IMG/VR virus record: IMGVR_UViG_3300042518_001860
Location: 32,717-96,716 of that record
DNA: 64,000 bases
Source of the DNA: a virus
Strand: one strand, 5' to 3'
Below the pieces are notes generated by a model. The model was not told where the DNA came from. It searched no databases and was given only the letters and a program-made list of their open reading frames with translations. Positions within the stretch are counted from its first letter, which is position 1; each line of letters starts with the position of its first letter. Shown here in pieces: positions 1 to 8,496 of the stretch. A program made the position numbers and the translations under genes.

Positions 1-177
1 GCTCGCAGGAGCGGGAAACTGCTGAAGCAGGTCCAGGTCAACAAGGTGGTCGCCATCTGCTCTGCTCTGGCTCTTGGGGCCTCGTCAGTGACTCCCGGGA
101 TGCCTTGGTGGGGTGCCATTATCGTTGGCATCTCCCCCCTGCTGTTCACCCTGGGTCTGGGCGACAAAGAAGCCTGA
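1..177 (+). CDS. 3' end of a small membrane protein (partial; possible holin-like)
   Basis: Frame 1 is open from base 1 to TGA at 175-177 (..NKVVAICSALALGASSVTPGMPWWGAIIVGISPLLFTLGLGDKEA*), with two hydrophobic segments. The stop overlaps the next ATG (TGATG). Confidence 0.6.
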   Translation, partial: ARRSGKLLKQVQVNKVVAICSALALGASSVTPGMPWWGAIIVGISPLLFTLGLGDKEA

Positions 178-650
178 TGTCCGCGCGCCCCCGAAACCCC
201 GCACGACTGGTGCGGCGCGTGTCGGAGTTCCCGACCGCATCCGAAGGCCTTGTCATCTTCCACACAGGATTTGATGAGTATTTCGGAAGTGACGGGGCGC
301 GTTGGAATACCCTGGACCGTGGCGGGGCCGTCTTTACGGTTGGGGTGGGCGTTGCTGCCCGTTCAGCAGTGATGATTGATGACATGGGGGATGTTACCCT
401 CCTTGACGTCACTTCGGCACTTCGCCCTCTCGGTGTTGTGTCTGCCGTTTCGGACGGACAGGCACTCATTCGGTGGCGTGGGATGATTCATGGGTTCCTC
501 GACCTCACACCTGGGGCAACCCAGTACGCCTCAACTGAGGTTGGTGAAATCGTCGAGGAGCCTGACGAAACCGCATCTTTGATGCGGCTTGGTCAGGCCA
601 TCTCAGCAACATCCATGGAAGTCCAACTGGACCAGCCTGTTCTCGTGTAG
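177..650 (+). CDS. Virion structural protein, DUF2190/capsid-fibre (cement)-like domain
   Basis: ATG177 is coupled to the upstream stop. The C-terminal GFLDLTPGATQYAS..G.I..P..RLGQAISATSMEV pattern resembles capsid cement/fibre domains. Confidence 0.55.
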   Translation: MSARPRNPARLVRRVSEFPTASEGLVIFHTGFDEYFGSDGARWNTLDRGGAVFTVGVGVAARSAVMIDDMGDVTLLDVTSALRPLGVVSAVSDGQALIRWRGMIHGFLDLTPGATQYASTEVGEIVEEPDETASLMRLGQAISATSMEVQLDQPVLV

Positions 651-654
651 TAGC

Positions 655-969
655 ATGGCCGCCGTGGGAACTTCTTCACGATCCACAGAGGACCTCAGTC
701 TCGCAGCCATGATGGTGGCTCTCGGTGGGACTGTATCTGAAGTGGATGCCTCACGAGGTCGCGGGGAAGTCACTGTAGATGTGCGACGTATCTCTGCGAC
801 CAAAATTCGCGAGCTCTGTGAAGTCCTCACCGAACAAATGCTCGAACTCCCTGATCAACCTACATTCGAGCAGCTCGAACAGGTAGTCGGGAATACCTTC
901 CTAAGTCGCTTGTTCGAACAACGCGACACCCTCCGCACCAGAATCCTGAACCAAAAGAGGCTTCGATGA
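655..969 (+). CDS. Hypothetical protein (DUF5659-like TxDLxLAA motif)
   Basis: ATG655 follows the upstream stop directly. Contains TEDLSLAAMMVALG. Overlaps the next gene (ATGA). Confidence 0.55.
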   Translation: MAAVGTSSRSTEDLSLAAMMVALGGTVSEVDASRGRGEVTVDVRRISATKIRELCEVLTEQMLELPDQPTFEQLEQVVGNTFLSRLFEQRDTLRTRILNQKRLR

Positions 970-1232
970 GTAACCCCCAGGAACGCTTCCGCGCCTGCCG
1001 AGAAGAAATGGCCAAACTGCAGTCCGAACTACAGGCTCGTTCGGCTGAGCTTCAGAAGGAGCAGCGCCCCTTGCTAGCCGTGTGCGAGAAGTTCCTGATT
1101 GATGCGGACCTTCCGGAATGGAAAGAGCTGCAGAAAAAGTTGTCCGCGCACAAGCAGTTTGTCCAAGGCGTTTCGGAGCAGTACAACAAGCTCAATTTGG
1201 AACTCCTAGAGCTCAGCAAACAGATCTGCTAG
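966..1232 (+). CDS. Hypothetical coiled-coil protein
   Basis: ATGA coupling; heptad-rich 88 aa. Confidence 0.65.
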   Translation: MSNPQERFRACREEMAKLQSELQARSAELQKEQRPLLAVCEKFLIDADLPEWKELQKKLSAHKQFVQGVSEQYNKLNLELLELSKQIC

Positions 1233-1308
1233 TCTTGTCCCAGAGCCCCACTCCCCGCACCCGCCCCTGACTCCGGAAGCGTAGCTACTCAACTCCAGGA
1301 GTCTCATC

Positions 1309-3252
1309 ATGGCTTTTACTTCTCGAACTCGGGGTCTGCTCGCCCGTGTAGGCGGCGAACTCCGCAACCTTGGTCTGCGCGATCGGACTGACCTCCAGGC
1401 TGACCCCACGAGCTCTAGCGGCTTCGGGGCGGTTCTTGAGCAGCTCGTTCTCTCGGACCTCTACATCGGCCTCAACTCTGGCGGCGATGCCCTCCGTGTC
1501 TACGGCTCGGACGGTTCGACCCTGCTCCTGACGGTTGCCGATGCTACGACAACCTTCGAGAACGATATCGTCTTCGAGGGTAATGTGACCTTCAATGGTG
1601 GCAATGTCACCGTCGAGGGTACTACGGTTACTTACGAGGACAGCATCCTGCTCCTCGCCAAGGACCAGGAGACTGGCACGCTCGACGCAGGCTTCATTGT
1701 CGAGCGCGGCTCGGATGCGAATGTCGCCTTCATTTGGGATGAATCGGCCGATGCCTTCGTCCTCTGTGAGACGACGGACACTGGTACGGATGGTTCTGTT
1801 TCGGTCGGGACTCTGCTCAACCTGCAGGTCGGTGAACTTTCCGCCGCCAGCGCGGTCCGACTGACCGAGGCCCTTGCACCGTCCAATGGTGCGAATGTGG
1901 GCTTCTTCTATGTGAAGGATGTCGGTGGCAACACCGAGGCCTTCTACATGGACTCGACGGGCAACGAGGTCCAGCTCACCAACGCGGGCGACGTCAACGT
2001 GACGGTTGCTGCGTCGGATCTCGATGACGCCTACAATGAAGGCCGCACCATTACGGTTGATGCCGGGCCCATCCTGGCCAATCTGGCGTACAACGTCGCA
2101 GGTTTCACGGCGCACAGTGTTGCTGTCGGTACGGCCGCGAACGACCTGAGCAACACCTGGGTCGGCTACTACTTCGCCCTCGGGGCGGACGAGTACACCG
2201 GGGCCGGTTCCGCCCTCAAGGCCGACTTCAGCGCAGCCACGCTCAATTCCGCCTCGAGCTTCTACGCGGTCGATCTCACGGGCGTGACGAACTCTGGTGC
2301 AGGGAGCAGTGTGGGTATCGCGATGTCGGGCTTCGACATCGGCATCCAGCTCCTCGACGATGATATGGCGCTGACCATCGGTGCCGGCAGCGACCTGTCG
2401 CTGTCCCACGATGGGACGAACAGTACCATTGCCAATGCTACTGGCAACCTGGTCATCGACCTGACCCATGCCACGAACTCGGGGACGATCCAGCTCAAAC
2501 TGGGTGTCGACAACAGCACCCAGCACGTCGGTGTCTACAACGACAGCGGCACCGCTGTGTTCCAGGTCAATGGTGCTGGGGCCGTCACGGTCACTGGGAA
2601 TGTTGGTCGCAGCTCTGGCGACTTGGTCCTCCACGGTGGCATGGGCGGTGGTGCTGTCTCGGTCCGCGCCAACGGCTCGGGTTCTGCCAACGGGATCGAC
2701 ATCAGCAGCTCGGCGGTCACGTCCTACCAGGACATCGTACCGAGCGCTGATGACTCCAAGGACCTCGGCAGCAACAGCGCTCGCTACGCTGAGCTGCACG
2801 CTCGGAAGATCGTGCGGCAGATCGTCAGCGGCAACAGCGCGACGGGCGCTCCTTCGACCGCGGGCAGCCTCTGCATTGTTGCCTCGGACGGCCTGCAGCT
2901 CGCTGATGCCGCTGCCTTCTCGACCAGCGGCATCGTCGAAGGTCCCTACACGGGTACCGCCGGCCAGGTCTACGGTCAGGACAGTGAGGCCATCTCGCTG
3001 CCCAAGATGGCGACCAATGGTGCAGGGACTTTGTACGAGGCGATGGCGGTCGGCGATCTCGTGTACCTCGCGGCTGCGCTGGCTGATGAGTATGATGCAG
3101 GCGTGACTCCTGCCAAGGGCGTTGTCACCCTCCAGACGCCCAATTCTGCAGGCACCACGAACAGCCTCGTGGGTCGAGTGGTTGCGACTTCTGGCACCGG
3201 CGCTGCGACGGTCTCCGTTGCACTCCGCCTCCAGTACCTCGGCACCAACTGA
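1309..3252 (+). CDS. Head/tail fibre-like structural protein
   Basis: SD AGGAG. G/S/T/N-rich beta repeats; fibre motifs VEGTTVTYEDSILLL..DAGFIVERGSDANVAFIWDES and DIVPSADDSKDLGSNSARY; C-terminal DUF2190-like domain. Confidence 0.75.
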   Translation: MAFTSRTRGLLARVGGELRNLGLRDRTDLQADPTSSSGFGAVLEQLVLSDLYIGLNSGGDALRVYGSDGSTLLLTVADATTTFENDIVFEGNVTFNGGNVTVEGTTVTYEDSILLLAKDQETGTLDAGFIVERGSDANVAFIWDESADAFVLCETTDTGTDGSVSVGTLLNLQVGELSAASAVRLTEALAPSNGANVGFFYVKDVGGNTEAFYMDSTGNEVQLTNAGDVNVTVAASDLDDAYNEGRTITVDAGPILANLAYNVAGFTAHSVAVGTAANDLSNTWVGYYFALGADEYTGAGSALKADFSAATLNSASSFYAVDLTGVTNSGAGSSVGIAMSGFDIGIQLLDDDMALTIGAGSDLSLSHDGTNSTIANATGNLVIDLTHATNSGTIQLKLGVDNSTQHVGVYNDSGTAVFQVNGAGAVTVTGNVGRSSGDLVLHGGMGGGAVSVRANGSGSANGIDISSSAVTSYQDIVPSADDSKDLGSNSARYAELHARKIVRQIVSGNSATGAPSTAGSLCIVASDGLQLADAAAFSTSGIVEGPYTGTAGQVYGQDSEAISLPKMATNGAGTLYEAMAVGDLVYLAAALADEYDAGVTPAKGVVTLQTPNSAGTTNSLVGRVVATSGTGAATVSVALRLQYLGTN

Positions 3253-3302
3253 TCCGGTCTTGGCACCACTGACGGGTGACCCACTCGTCAAGTTCAACCA
3301 GC

Positions 3303-3339
3303 AGCCCACGATGGGGAATCCCGTCGTGGGCTTTTGTTT
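3303..3339 (+). terminator. Intrinsic terminator
   Basis: AGCCCACGATGGG-gaat-CCCGTCGTGGGCT followed by TTTGTTT. Confidence 0.85.
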
Positions 3340-3344
3340 CTGAG

Positions 3345-3373
3345 TTGCGAACATTCAAATCGGGTGGCACACT
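3345..3373 (+). promoter_or_regulatory. Sigma70-type promoter, probably giving a leaderless mRNA
   Basis: TTGCGA-17 nt-CACACT with a TG extension. GTG start 7 nt downstream with no SD. Confidence 0.4.
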
Positions 3374-3380
3374 TCGCAGC

Positions 3381-3737
3381 GTGGGACTCTTCTCCAAAAC
3401 TGAAGCCCCCTCCGGTGAGGGGAAGCAAGCAGCCCAAGACCACCGCATGCGGTTGGGGTTGGGCGATATGATTCGCCGTCTCGTGGTCCTCGACGCCAAA
3501 TACCGTCAGGGTATTTGCTCCGCGACAGACTTGGCCGAGCGAGAGTTGATCTTTTCGGGGCTGAACGAGATTCAAGTCCCAGTAACCGCGAGTTGCACTC
3601 CTGGTGAAGACCTGAATCAAAACGGTATCCCGGATACCACAGAATTCTTCCGCATTGCGGCGGCCACTGATTGCTGCGTCCTTCAACATAAGCCCGAAGC
3701 GCGGCAAGAGAAGCCAAAGAAACGAGGTCGGTTGTGA
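3381..3737 (+). CDS. Hypothetical protein with an EF-hand-like DxNxNGxxD loop
   Basis: GTG3381 start; DLNQNGIPDTTE; stop coupled to the next gene. Confidence 0.6.
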   Translation: MGLFSKTEAPSGEGKQAAQDHRMRLGLGDMIRRLVVLDAKYRQGICSATDLAERELIFSGLNEIQVPVTASCTPGEDLNQNGIPDTTEFFRIAAATDCCVLQHKPEARQEKPKKRGRL

Positions 3738-4057
3738 CCATTGTCGACTTCCTCATTCTGCTGCTCGGCTCCGCCGGGTTTGGCTTCTTCCTCACCAACA
3801 AACTCCCCGATAGTTGGTATGAAAGGACCGGCTTCATCTCCAGAATGCTCTCTTGCGCGTTCTGTGCAGGCACAGAAGCAGGCTGGTGGCTCGGAGGTGT
3901 AGGCCTTGTCGGCATCATCTTTGGTACCGATGAGGTCCAAATGGCAGTTCGGGGCCTTTTTTTCGGTCCAGCCGTTGGGGTTATCCTCTCTTTGGTCCAG
4001 GCGGTAGGCCAGATCTCTGCGAGCCTGCGTTCCATTTCTGACCGCGAGGAGAGGTAA
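3734..4057 (+). CDS. Membrane protein, DUF1360-like
   Basis: About three TM segments and an LSCxFCxG motif. Confidence 0.6.
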   Translation: MTIVDFLILLLGSAGFGFFLTNKLPDSWYERTGFISRMLSCAFCAGTEAGWWLGGVGLVGIIFGTDEVQMAVRGLFFGPAVGVILSLVQAVGQISASLRSISDREER

Positions 4058-4059
4058 CC

Positions 4060-5622
4060 ATGGCGAGCGTGGGGTCGGTCATCTACAGCCACTTCGGCCT
4101 CTATGAAGCCGATGGCACGACGCCGCGCACGGGCGCGTCAGCCGACGTCGAAGTTGCCCTCCTGCGGGACGACGAGATCATCGACCTCGTAGTGACTGTT
4201 GAGGAGCTCGAGGCCGGCGATTATGTTGCGAGCTTCACGCCGGATGAAGTTGGGTTCTACACAGTCAAACTCACCGATACAGCGCAGGCTGTCGACATTG
4301 TAGAGTCCTTTGAGGTCTCTGCGAACAGCCTGGATGATGTGGCGGCAGCCGTTGCCGCTATTACTGCACATGACGCCCTCGTCAGCGTGACTGGCATCGA
4401 GACGTTGCGCGCCTCTTCGGCTTGGTCGCCGAACCTCATCTTCCTGCGCCGCTCCACGATGTCCCCCATCGATCCCGACTCAGTCACTTCGTTGGAAATC
4501 CTCGGGGGTGACGGTTCTACTGAAGTGGAGGCGATTGACGGCGAGGATCTGGAGAGGGTCAGTCTTGGCAACTACGAGGCTGCCCCTGCCCAACTCGAAG
4601 CCGCAGGTACCTACTTCCTTCGGGTGACCTTCGTCTACGGCGGGACAGAGATTGTTGATGTCCTCCGAATCTATGCACAGCCTGCTCGCGGGGAGGCAAG
4701 CTCCTCGAGCGGCTCCGCTGTAGACCTCGCACGGGTTTATACATACCCAAGCAGCCTCGAGGCTGCCCGATTCGACCTCAGTGATCTGACTCAAGCCGAG
4801 GTGTGGCGCCGCATCAAAGACGTCAGCGCGCAGATTGAAGTCCTCACGAAGGGAAACCTATTCAATGGCGAATACGGCACCTTCGAATGCTCAGGTCGTG
4901 GTCGCCGAATCGTGTATCACCCTCAGCAACACCCATTCGTCCACCTCGAAAGCGTTCAGCTCTCTGAGAGCCGGACGGACCACGGGCGAGACGGGTTCTT
5001 CCGCCGTCCCCTCGACAGTTTTGGTAGCCCTACTATTGCCTCTGCGAAGTACCACCTTCGAGCTGGCATGGTCGAAGGTATTCGCTACGACTTCCCTATG
5101 GGAGCGGGCAATGTCCTGGTGACCGGGGCTATCGGTAAGCTCGAGCCTGCGAAGTATGCGGAGACTCTTTCTGCCTCTGAAGTTGGCGCGGACTCAGATT
5201 CGGTCCAGGTGGAAGATAGCACCGGCTTTGCAGCCCGAGACGTGGTAGATATCATCGGTGAGACCTTTGCCGTCCGCGTGATCCTCACCTCGATTGACCG
5301 GGCAGACCATGTCCTGTACTACGACGCTGTCGGCGGGGAATTCGATGCTATCCCCGCAGAGGCAGTCGTTCGAACCTTCGGTGCAGTCCCGCGAGCCGTT
5401 GAGCAGGTGGCAAATTACTTGTTTGGAGTCCTGCTCCGAGAGGAGGCTGCCAACGCTGACGGGGTAGAGCATATCCCCGCCGGCCGCATCCGCCGTGAGC
5501 GGACAGACAACTACGAGATCGAATTTCAGATGGCGGGCATCAATGAGACGCTCACCGGCTCACCAAAGTATGATCTTCTTCTCCTGCCTTACATGAAGGC
5601 AATTGACGTGAGGATTCCATGA
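4060..5622 (+). CDS. Head-tail adaptor/neck protein with N-terminal Ig-like domains
   Basis: SD GAGG. Ig-like GDYVASFTPDEVGFYTV segments. Adaptor-like RIKDVSAQIEVLT..F, GAGNVLVTG, VPRAVEQVA and IRRERTDNYEIEF..LLLPY. Confidence 0.7.
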   Translation: MASVGSVIYSHFGLYEADGTTPRTGASADVEVALLRDDEIIDLVVTVEELEAGDYVASFTPDEVGFYTVKLTDTAQAVDIVESFEVSANSLDDVAAAVAAITAHDALVSVTGIETLRASSAWSPNLIFLRRSTMSPIDPDSVTSLEILGGDGSTEVEAIDGEDLERVSLGNYEAAPAQLEAAGTYFLRVTFVYGGTEIVDVLRIYAQPARGEASSSSGSAVDLARVYTYPSSLEAARFDLSDLTQAEVWRRIKDVSAQIEVLTKGNLFNGEYGTFECSGRGRRIVYHPQQHPFVHLESVQLSESRTDHGRDGFFRRPLDSFGSPTIASAKYHLRAGMVEGIRYDFPMGAGNVLVTGAIGKLEPAKYAETLSASEVGADSDSVQVEDSTGFAARDVVDIIGETFAVRVILTSIDRADHVLYYDAVGGEFDAIPAEAVVRTFGAVPRAVEQVANYLFGVLLREEAANADGVEHIPAGRIRRERTDNYEIEFQMAGINETLTGSPKYDLLLLPYMKAIDVRIP

Positions 5623-5984
5623 GCGCACTCAGTACGCAGTTCGGTGGTTCCGCCTACAGCGTGGACCAGCCGGTCACCGAGACCGCGGCCACTGTTCTTG
5701 GCCCTGTCGATGTGCAGAATTACCCCAATCTGGGTTTCTATATCCAGAGCGCGGCTGGCAGCGATGATGTTACAGAAATCGTTGTCGAGTCCGCCCCACT
5801 TTCGAGTGGGCCCTGGGTTCAGGTTCTCGACATTGCTGATGGGACCTCCCTCGAGGCGGAGGCTGCCACCTATGGCAGCCTGAGCAACTCTGCCCACAAG
5901 TTCGTCCGTGTCCGCGCTACCTGCGGCGCAGGTGACACCGCTACTGTCTCCACCTGGCTCTGCGCCAGTCGGTACGGACTGTAA
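5619..5984 (+). CDS. Small beta-rich virion protein
   Basis: ATGA coupled. Similar to a domain inside 26197..27420 (see findings). Confidence 0.65.
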   Translation: MSALSTQFGGSAYSVDQPVTETAATVLGPVDVQNYPNLGFYIQSAAGSDDVTEIVVESAPLSSGPWVQVLDIADGTSLEAEAATYGSLSNSAHKFVRVRATCGAGDTATVSTWLCASRYGL

Positions 5985-5987
5985 AAG

Positions 5988-6416
5988 ATGGCTCGTCGCC
6001 CCTTCTTCATGGGGAACAGCCTGGTCGGCATTCGGCTGCTCGACCGTGCTGCTCCCCTTGTCGATCCCTTGTATGGGACTCGGGGCGGTACCGTCGAAGC
6101 TGCCTACGGTGAGGAGATTCGTGTGCCTGGGCAGCCGCGCTTTGAGAATAATAAGCGTGTGGACGCACGGTTCGGTGGTGATGCTGAACGCCTTGATGCT
6201 TACGTCATGTTTGCTCGTGATGACCTCGAACGCCGAGAGATCTCTCCCGAAGCTCTGAAAGGTGCGCGGGTCACAGGCTACATGCGTAACGGTCAGTGGT
6301 ACACCGAAGAGTTTGAGGTTATTTCTGCAGACCCAACAGGGCACCTCCCGACGACTGGTCCAATCCTGGTCAAGGCAAAGCTCAGGTCCTTGAAGGACCT
6401 GAAGGGGGCGCCGTGA
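5988..6416 (+). CDS. Putative head-closure (stopper) protein
   Basis: Position after the adaptor; VDPLYG motif; beta-rich 142 aa. Confidence 0.55.
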   Translation: MARRPFFMGNSLVGIRLLDRAAPLVDPLYGTRGGTVEAAYGEEIRVPGQPRFENNKRVDARFGGDAERLDAYVMFARDDLERREISPEALKGARVTGYMRNGQWYTEEFEVISADPTGHLPTTGPILVKAKLRSLKDLKGAP

Positions 6417-7168
6417 ACGCGCCTTGGTCAATTCGAGACGGCTCTACTCGAGGCCGTCTTCAGCTCGTTGTCCCAAAGGAGACCACGGAGGCCATCTCCT
6501 CCATGACCCGCACGTCCCTTCCTCAAGACGTGCGGCGCTACATTGCGGTGGTCCTGGATCGCATCGGTCGCGCTGCCCTTCAAGATGCCCGAGGGCGGCT
6601 AGGGGTTATTGGCCGAGGACCAGCAATCACCACCAGCTCCGCCCTCCTCCGTGAAAACCCTGCGCGCCAACGCCTCTCTTTCGCACCCCTCTACGACGAG
6701 GGAGGTATGCGCGCGAGCTTGCGCGCCCAGGTAGATCCTTCGAATCTCTCAGTCAGCTTGGGAGCTACAGGGCCGAGCGCATTCAAGGCCTACCTCCACG
6801 AGCGTGGATACTCCTTTGAGATCACCTCGAGGATGGCCAACTACTTCCTGGGCAGGGCTGGGCGTGAACGAGGGAAAGTCAAGAACGCTTACCGTTTCCT
6901 CGGCCTGTACTTTAAGGCCAACGTAGGTGGACGAGTATCGGTGCAGCCGCGTCCCTTCATGGCGCCCGCGCTCAAACGGGCAGTACAGACAGTCTTTGAA
7001 GGCGGCTTCTACGGACGGCGTGCTGACTTCGACTTGGCTCGAGACTTGTTTGACATCTGGGGCACCACAACCAAGACAAATCGGCACTGGATGCCCAACG
7101 CGCGGGAGATTGTCAGCCTCTCTGTCTCCGCCCCCGATTCGGGAGAAGCTGGGGACGCAAATGCCTGA
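6413..7168 (+). CDS. Tail completion/virion morphogenesis protein (HK97 gp10/Mu G-like)
   Basis: PLYDEGGMRASL, AYLHERG and QPRPFMAPAL motifs. Confidence 0.7.
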   Translation: MNAPWSIRDGSTRGRLQLVVPKETTEAISSMTRTSLPQDVRRYIAVVLDRIGRAALQDARGRLGVIGRGPAITTSSALLRENPARQRLSFAPLYDEGGMRASLRAQVDPSNLSVSLGATGPSAFKAYLHERGYSFEITSRMANYFLGRAGRERGKVKNAYRFLGLYFKANVGGRVSVQPRPFMAPALKRAVQTVFEGGFYGRRADFDLARDLFDIWGTTTKTNRHWMPNAREIVSLSVSAPDSGEAGDANA

Positions 7169-8423
7169 ATTCATCTTCCCTCTGGCTGCTGGCGGCGTTG
7201 TCGAAGAAACCTCCATTGAGGGGGTTGACGTGCCGACGATGCACTACGGAAAAGATGGAGCGTGGCTCCACCGACCGGGGCCAGATCCTGTGTACTATGA
7301 CCGTTCGGGTCGCCTTCTCTCCCAGGGCATCATCCAGACGGAACATTCTCAGATGAACGCACTGGTCGAGGTGTTCGGTGTGGGTATTGAGGCCATCTGG
7401 CCGAATCGTGCCTCTGCTGCGGATAACTGTTCTCTGCAGATCTCTCTTGATAACGGAGACACCTTCCTAGCATGGACTGGCGCTGCTTGGGAGGCGCAAG
7501 ACACTGACGGGACCTTCAACACCGTGGCTGACTTCAACGACCACTGCGATGAGCTCGAATTCGAGCGACCTTGCTATTTGGGATTCCGAGTCCGCGTCAC
7601 GCCGTCTGATGATGTTTCGCCACTCCTGGTGTCGGTGCGTGCATATGTCGAGTGGTCCTATGATCCCCACATCGACATGGACGAGTTTCTGATGGAACGC
7701 CTCCAGGCGGCGCGATTCCCGTTTATGGTCATGCACCGAATGGCCGCGCTTGGGACTCGCGTGAACCCCCAGACCGAGATGGTGAAGGACCTCTCCGCAC
7801 CTGTTCGGATCTTCAACCTGACAACTGACCCGAATAGGAACTCCAACCTTTTCAGTGCAGTCGATGCTGGGGAGCTTGTCCTCTCTGGGCCTCAAGCTGC
7901 TGGGTCGGTGTTGGAGATTCACCTAAGCGGCACCATGCCAATCATCATCGCCCGGCAAGACGAGATGATGACGCCGACAACGGTTCCGAGTCTCCTGCTC
8001 AGGTCCAAGGCTGTGAAGAACGTCCCCATGTCGAACACGGGGATGTTGTATGACTACAAGCGCGGGGCCGAAACCAAGCTGACGCGCATGCGACAGTTCT
8101 CCCGCGCGCTCGAACGAGGGTTCGACGTTGAAGTTGTCACTGCCGAACCAAGGACAGCGCGCCTCGCCATTGAGGCAGTTCGTCGAGCCTTCGGGGAAGC
8201 TGACTACAAGTCGAAGAGTACTGGCATCCAGTTTCGAGTCCTCGAGGAGAGTCCTGGGGATGAAGTGCCAGTCTTTGCCGAAGGGATCGAGGTTATGCGG
8301 TGGCAGGCATGCTTGTACACTGTTCACCCCACCCCTGTCTTCACCCAGTACGCTGGGGTCGAAAGTGTCGGAATTAAGTTCGGCGATAGTCGCCGAGTGT
8401 TTGAACGCAGAACCTTCCGGTGA
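7161..8423 (+). CDS. Putative tail terminator/neck protein
   Basis: ATG7161 (MPEFIFP); located immediately before the sheath gene. Confidence 0.5.
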   Translation: MPEFIFPLAAGGVVEETSIEGVDVPTMHYGKDGAWLHRPGPDPVYYDRSGRLLSQGIIQTEHSQMNALVEVFGVGIEAIWPNRASAADNCSLQISLDNGDTFLAWTGAAWEAQDTDGTFNTVADFNDHCDELEFERPCYLGFRVRVTPSDDVSPLLVSVRAYVEWSYDPHIDMDEFLMERLQAARFPFMVMHRMAALGTRVNPQTEMVKDLSAPVRIFNLTTDPNRNSNLFSAVDAGELVLSGPQAAGSVLEIHLSGTMPIIIARQDEMMTPTTVPSLLLRSKAVKNVPMSNTGMLYDYKRGAETKLTRMRQFSRALERGFDVEVVTAEPRTARLAIEAVRRAFGEADYKSKSTGIQFRVLEESPGDEVPVFAEGIEVMRWQACLYTVHPTPVFTQYAGVESVGIKFGDSRRVFERRTFR

Positions 8424-8496
8424 GAAAATCTGGAAGTTATCCCATTGAGATGGTAACAACTTTCAGGTAAATTCGGAGCCGACCAGGAGCTATCGC

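Noticed and set aside
1285-3354. 689-aa minus-strand ORF
   Set aside because: Antisense shadow of the fibre gene caused by high-GC codon bias; no protein-like motifs.
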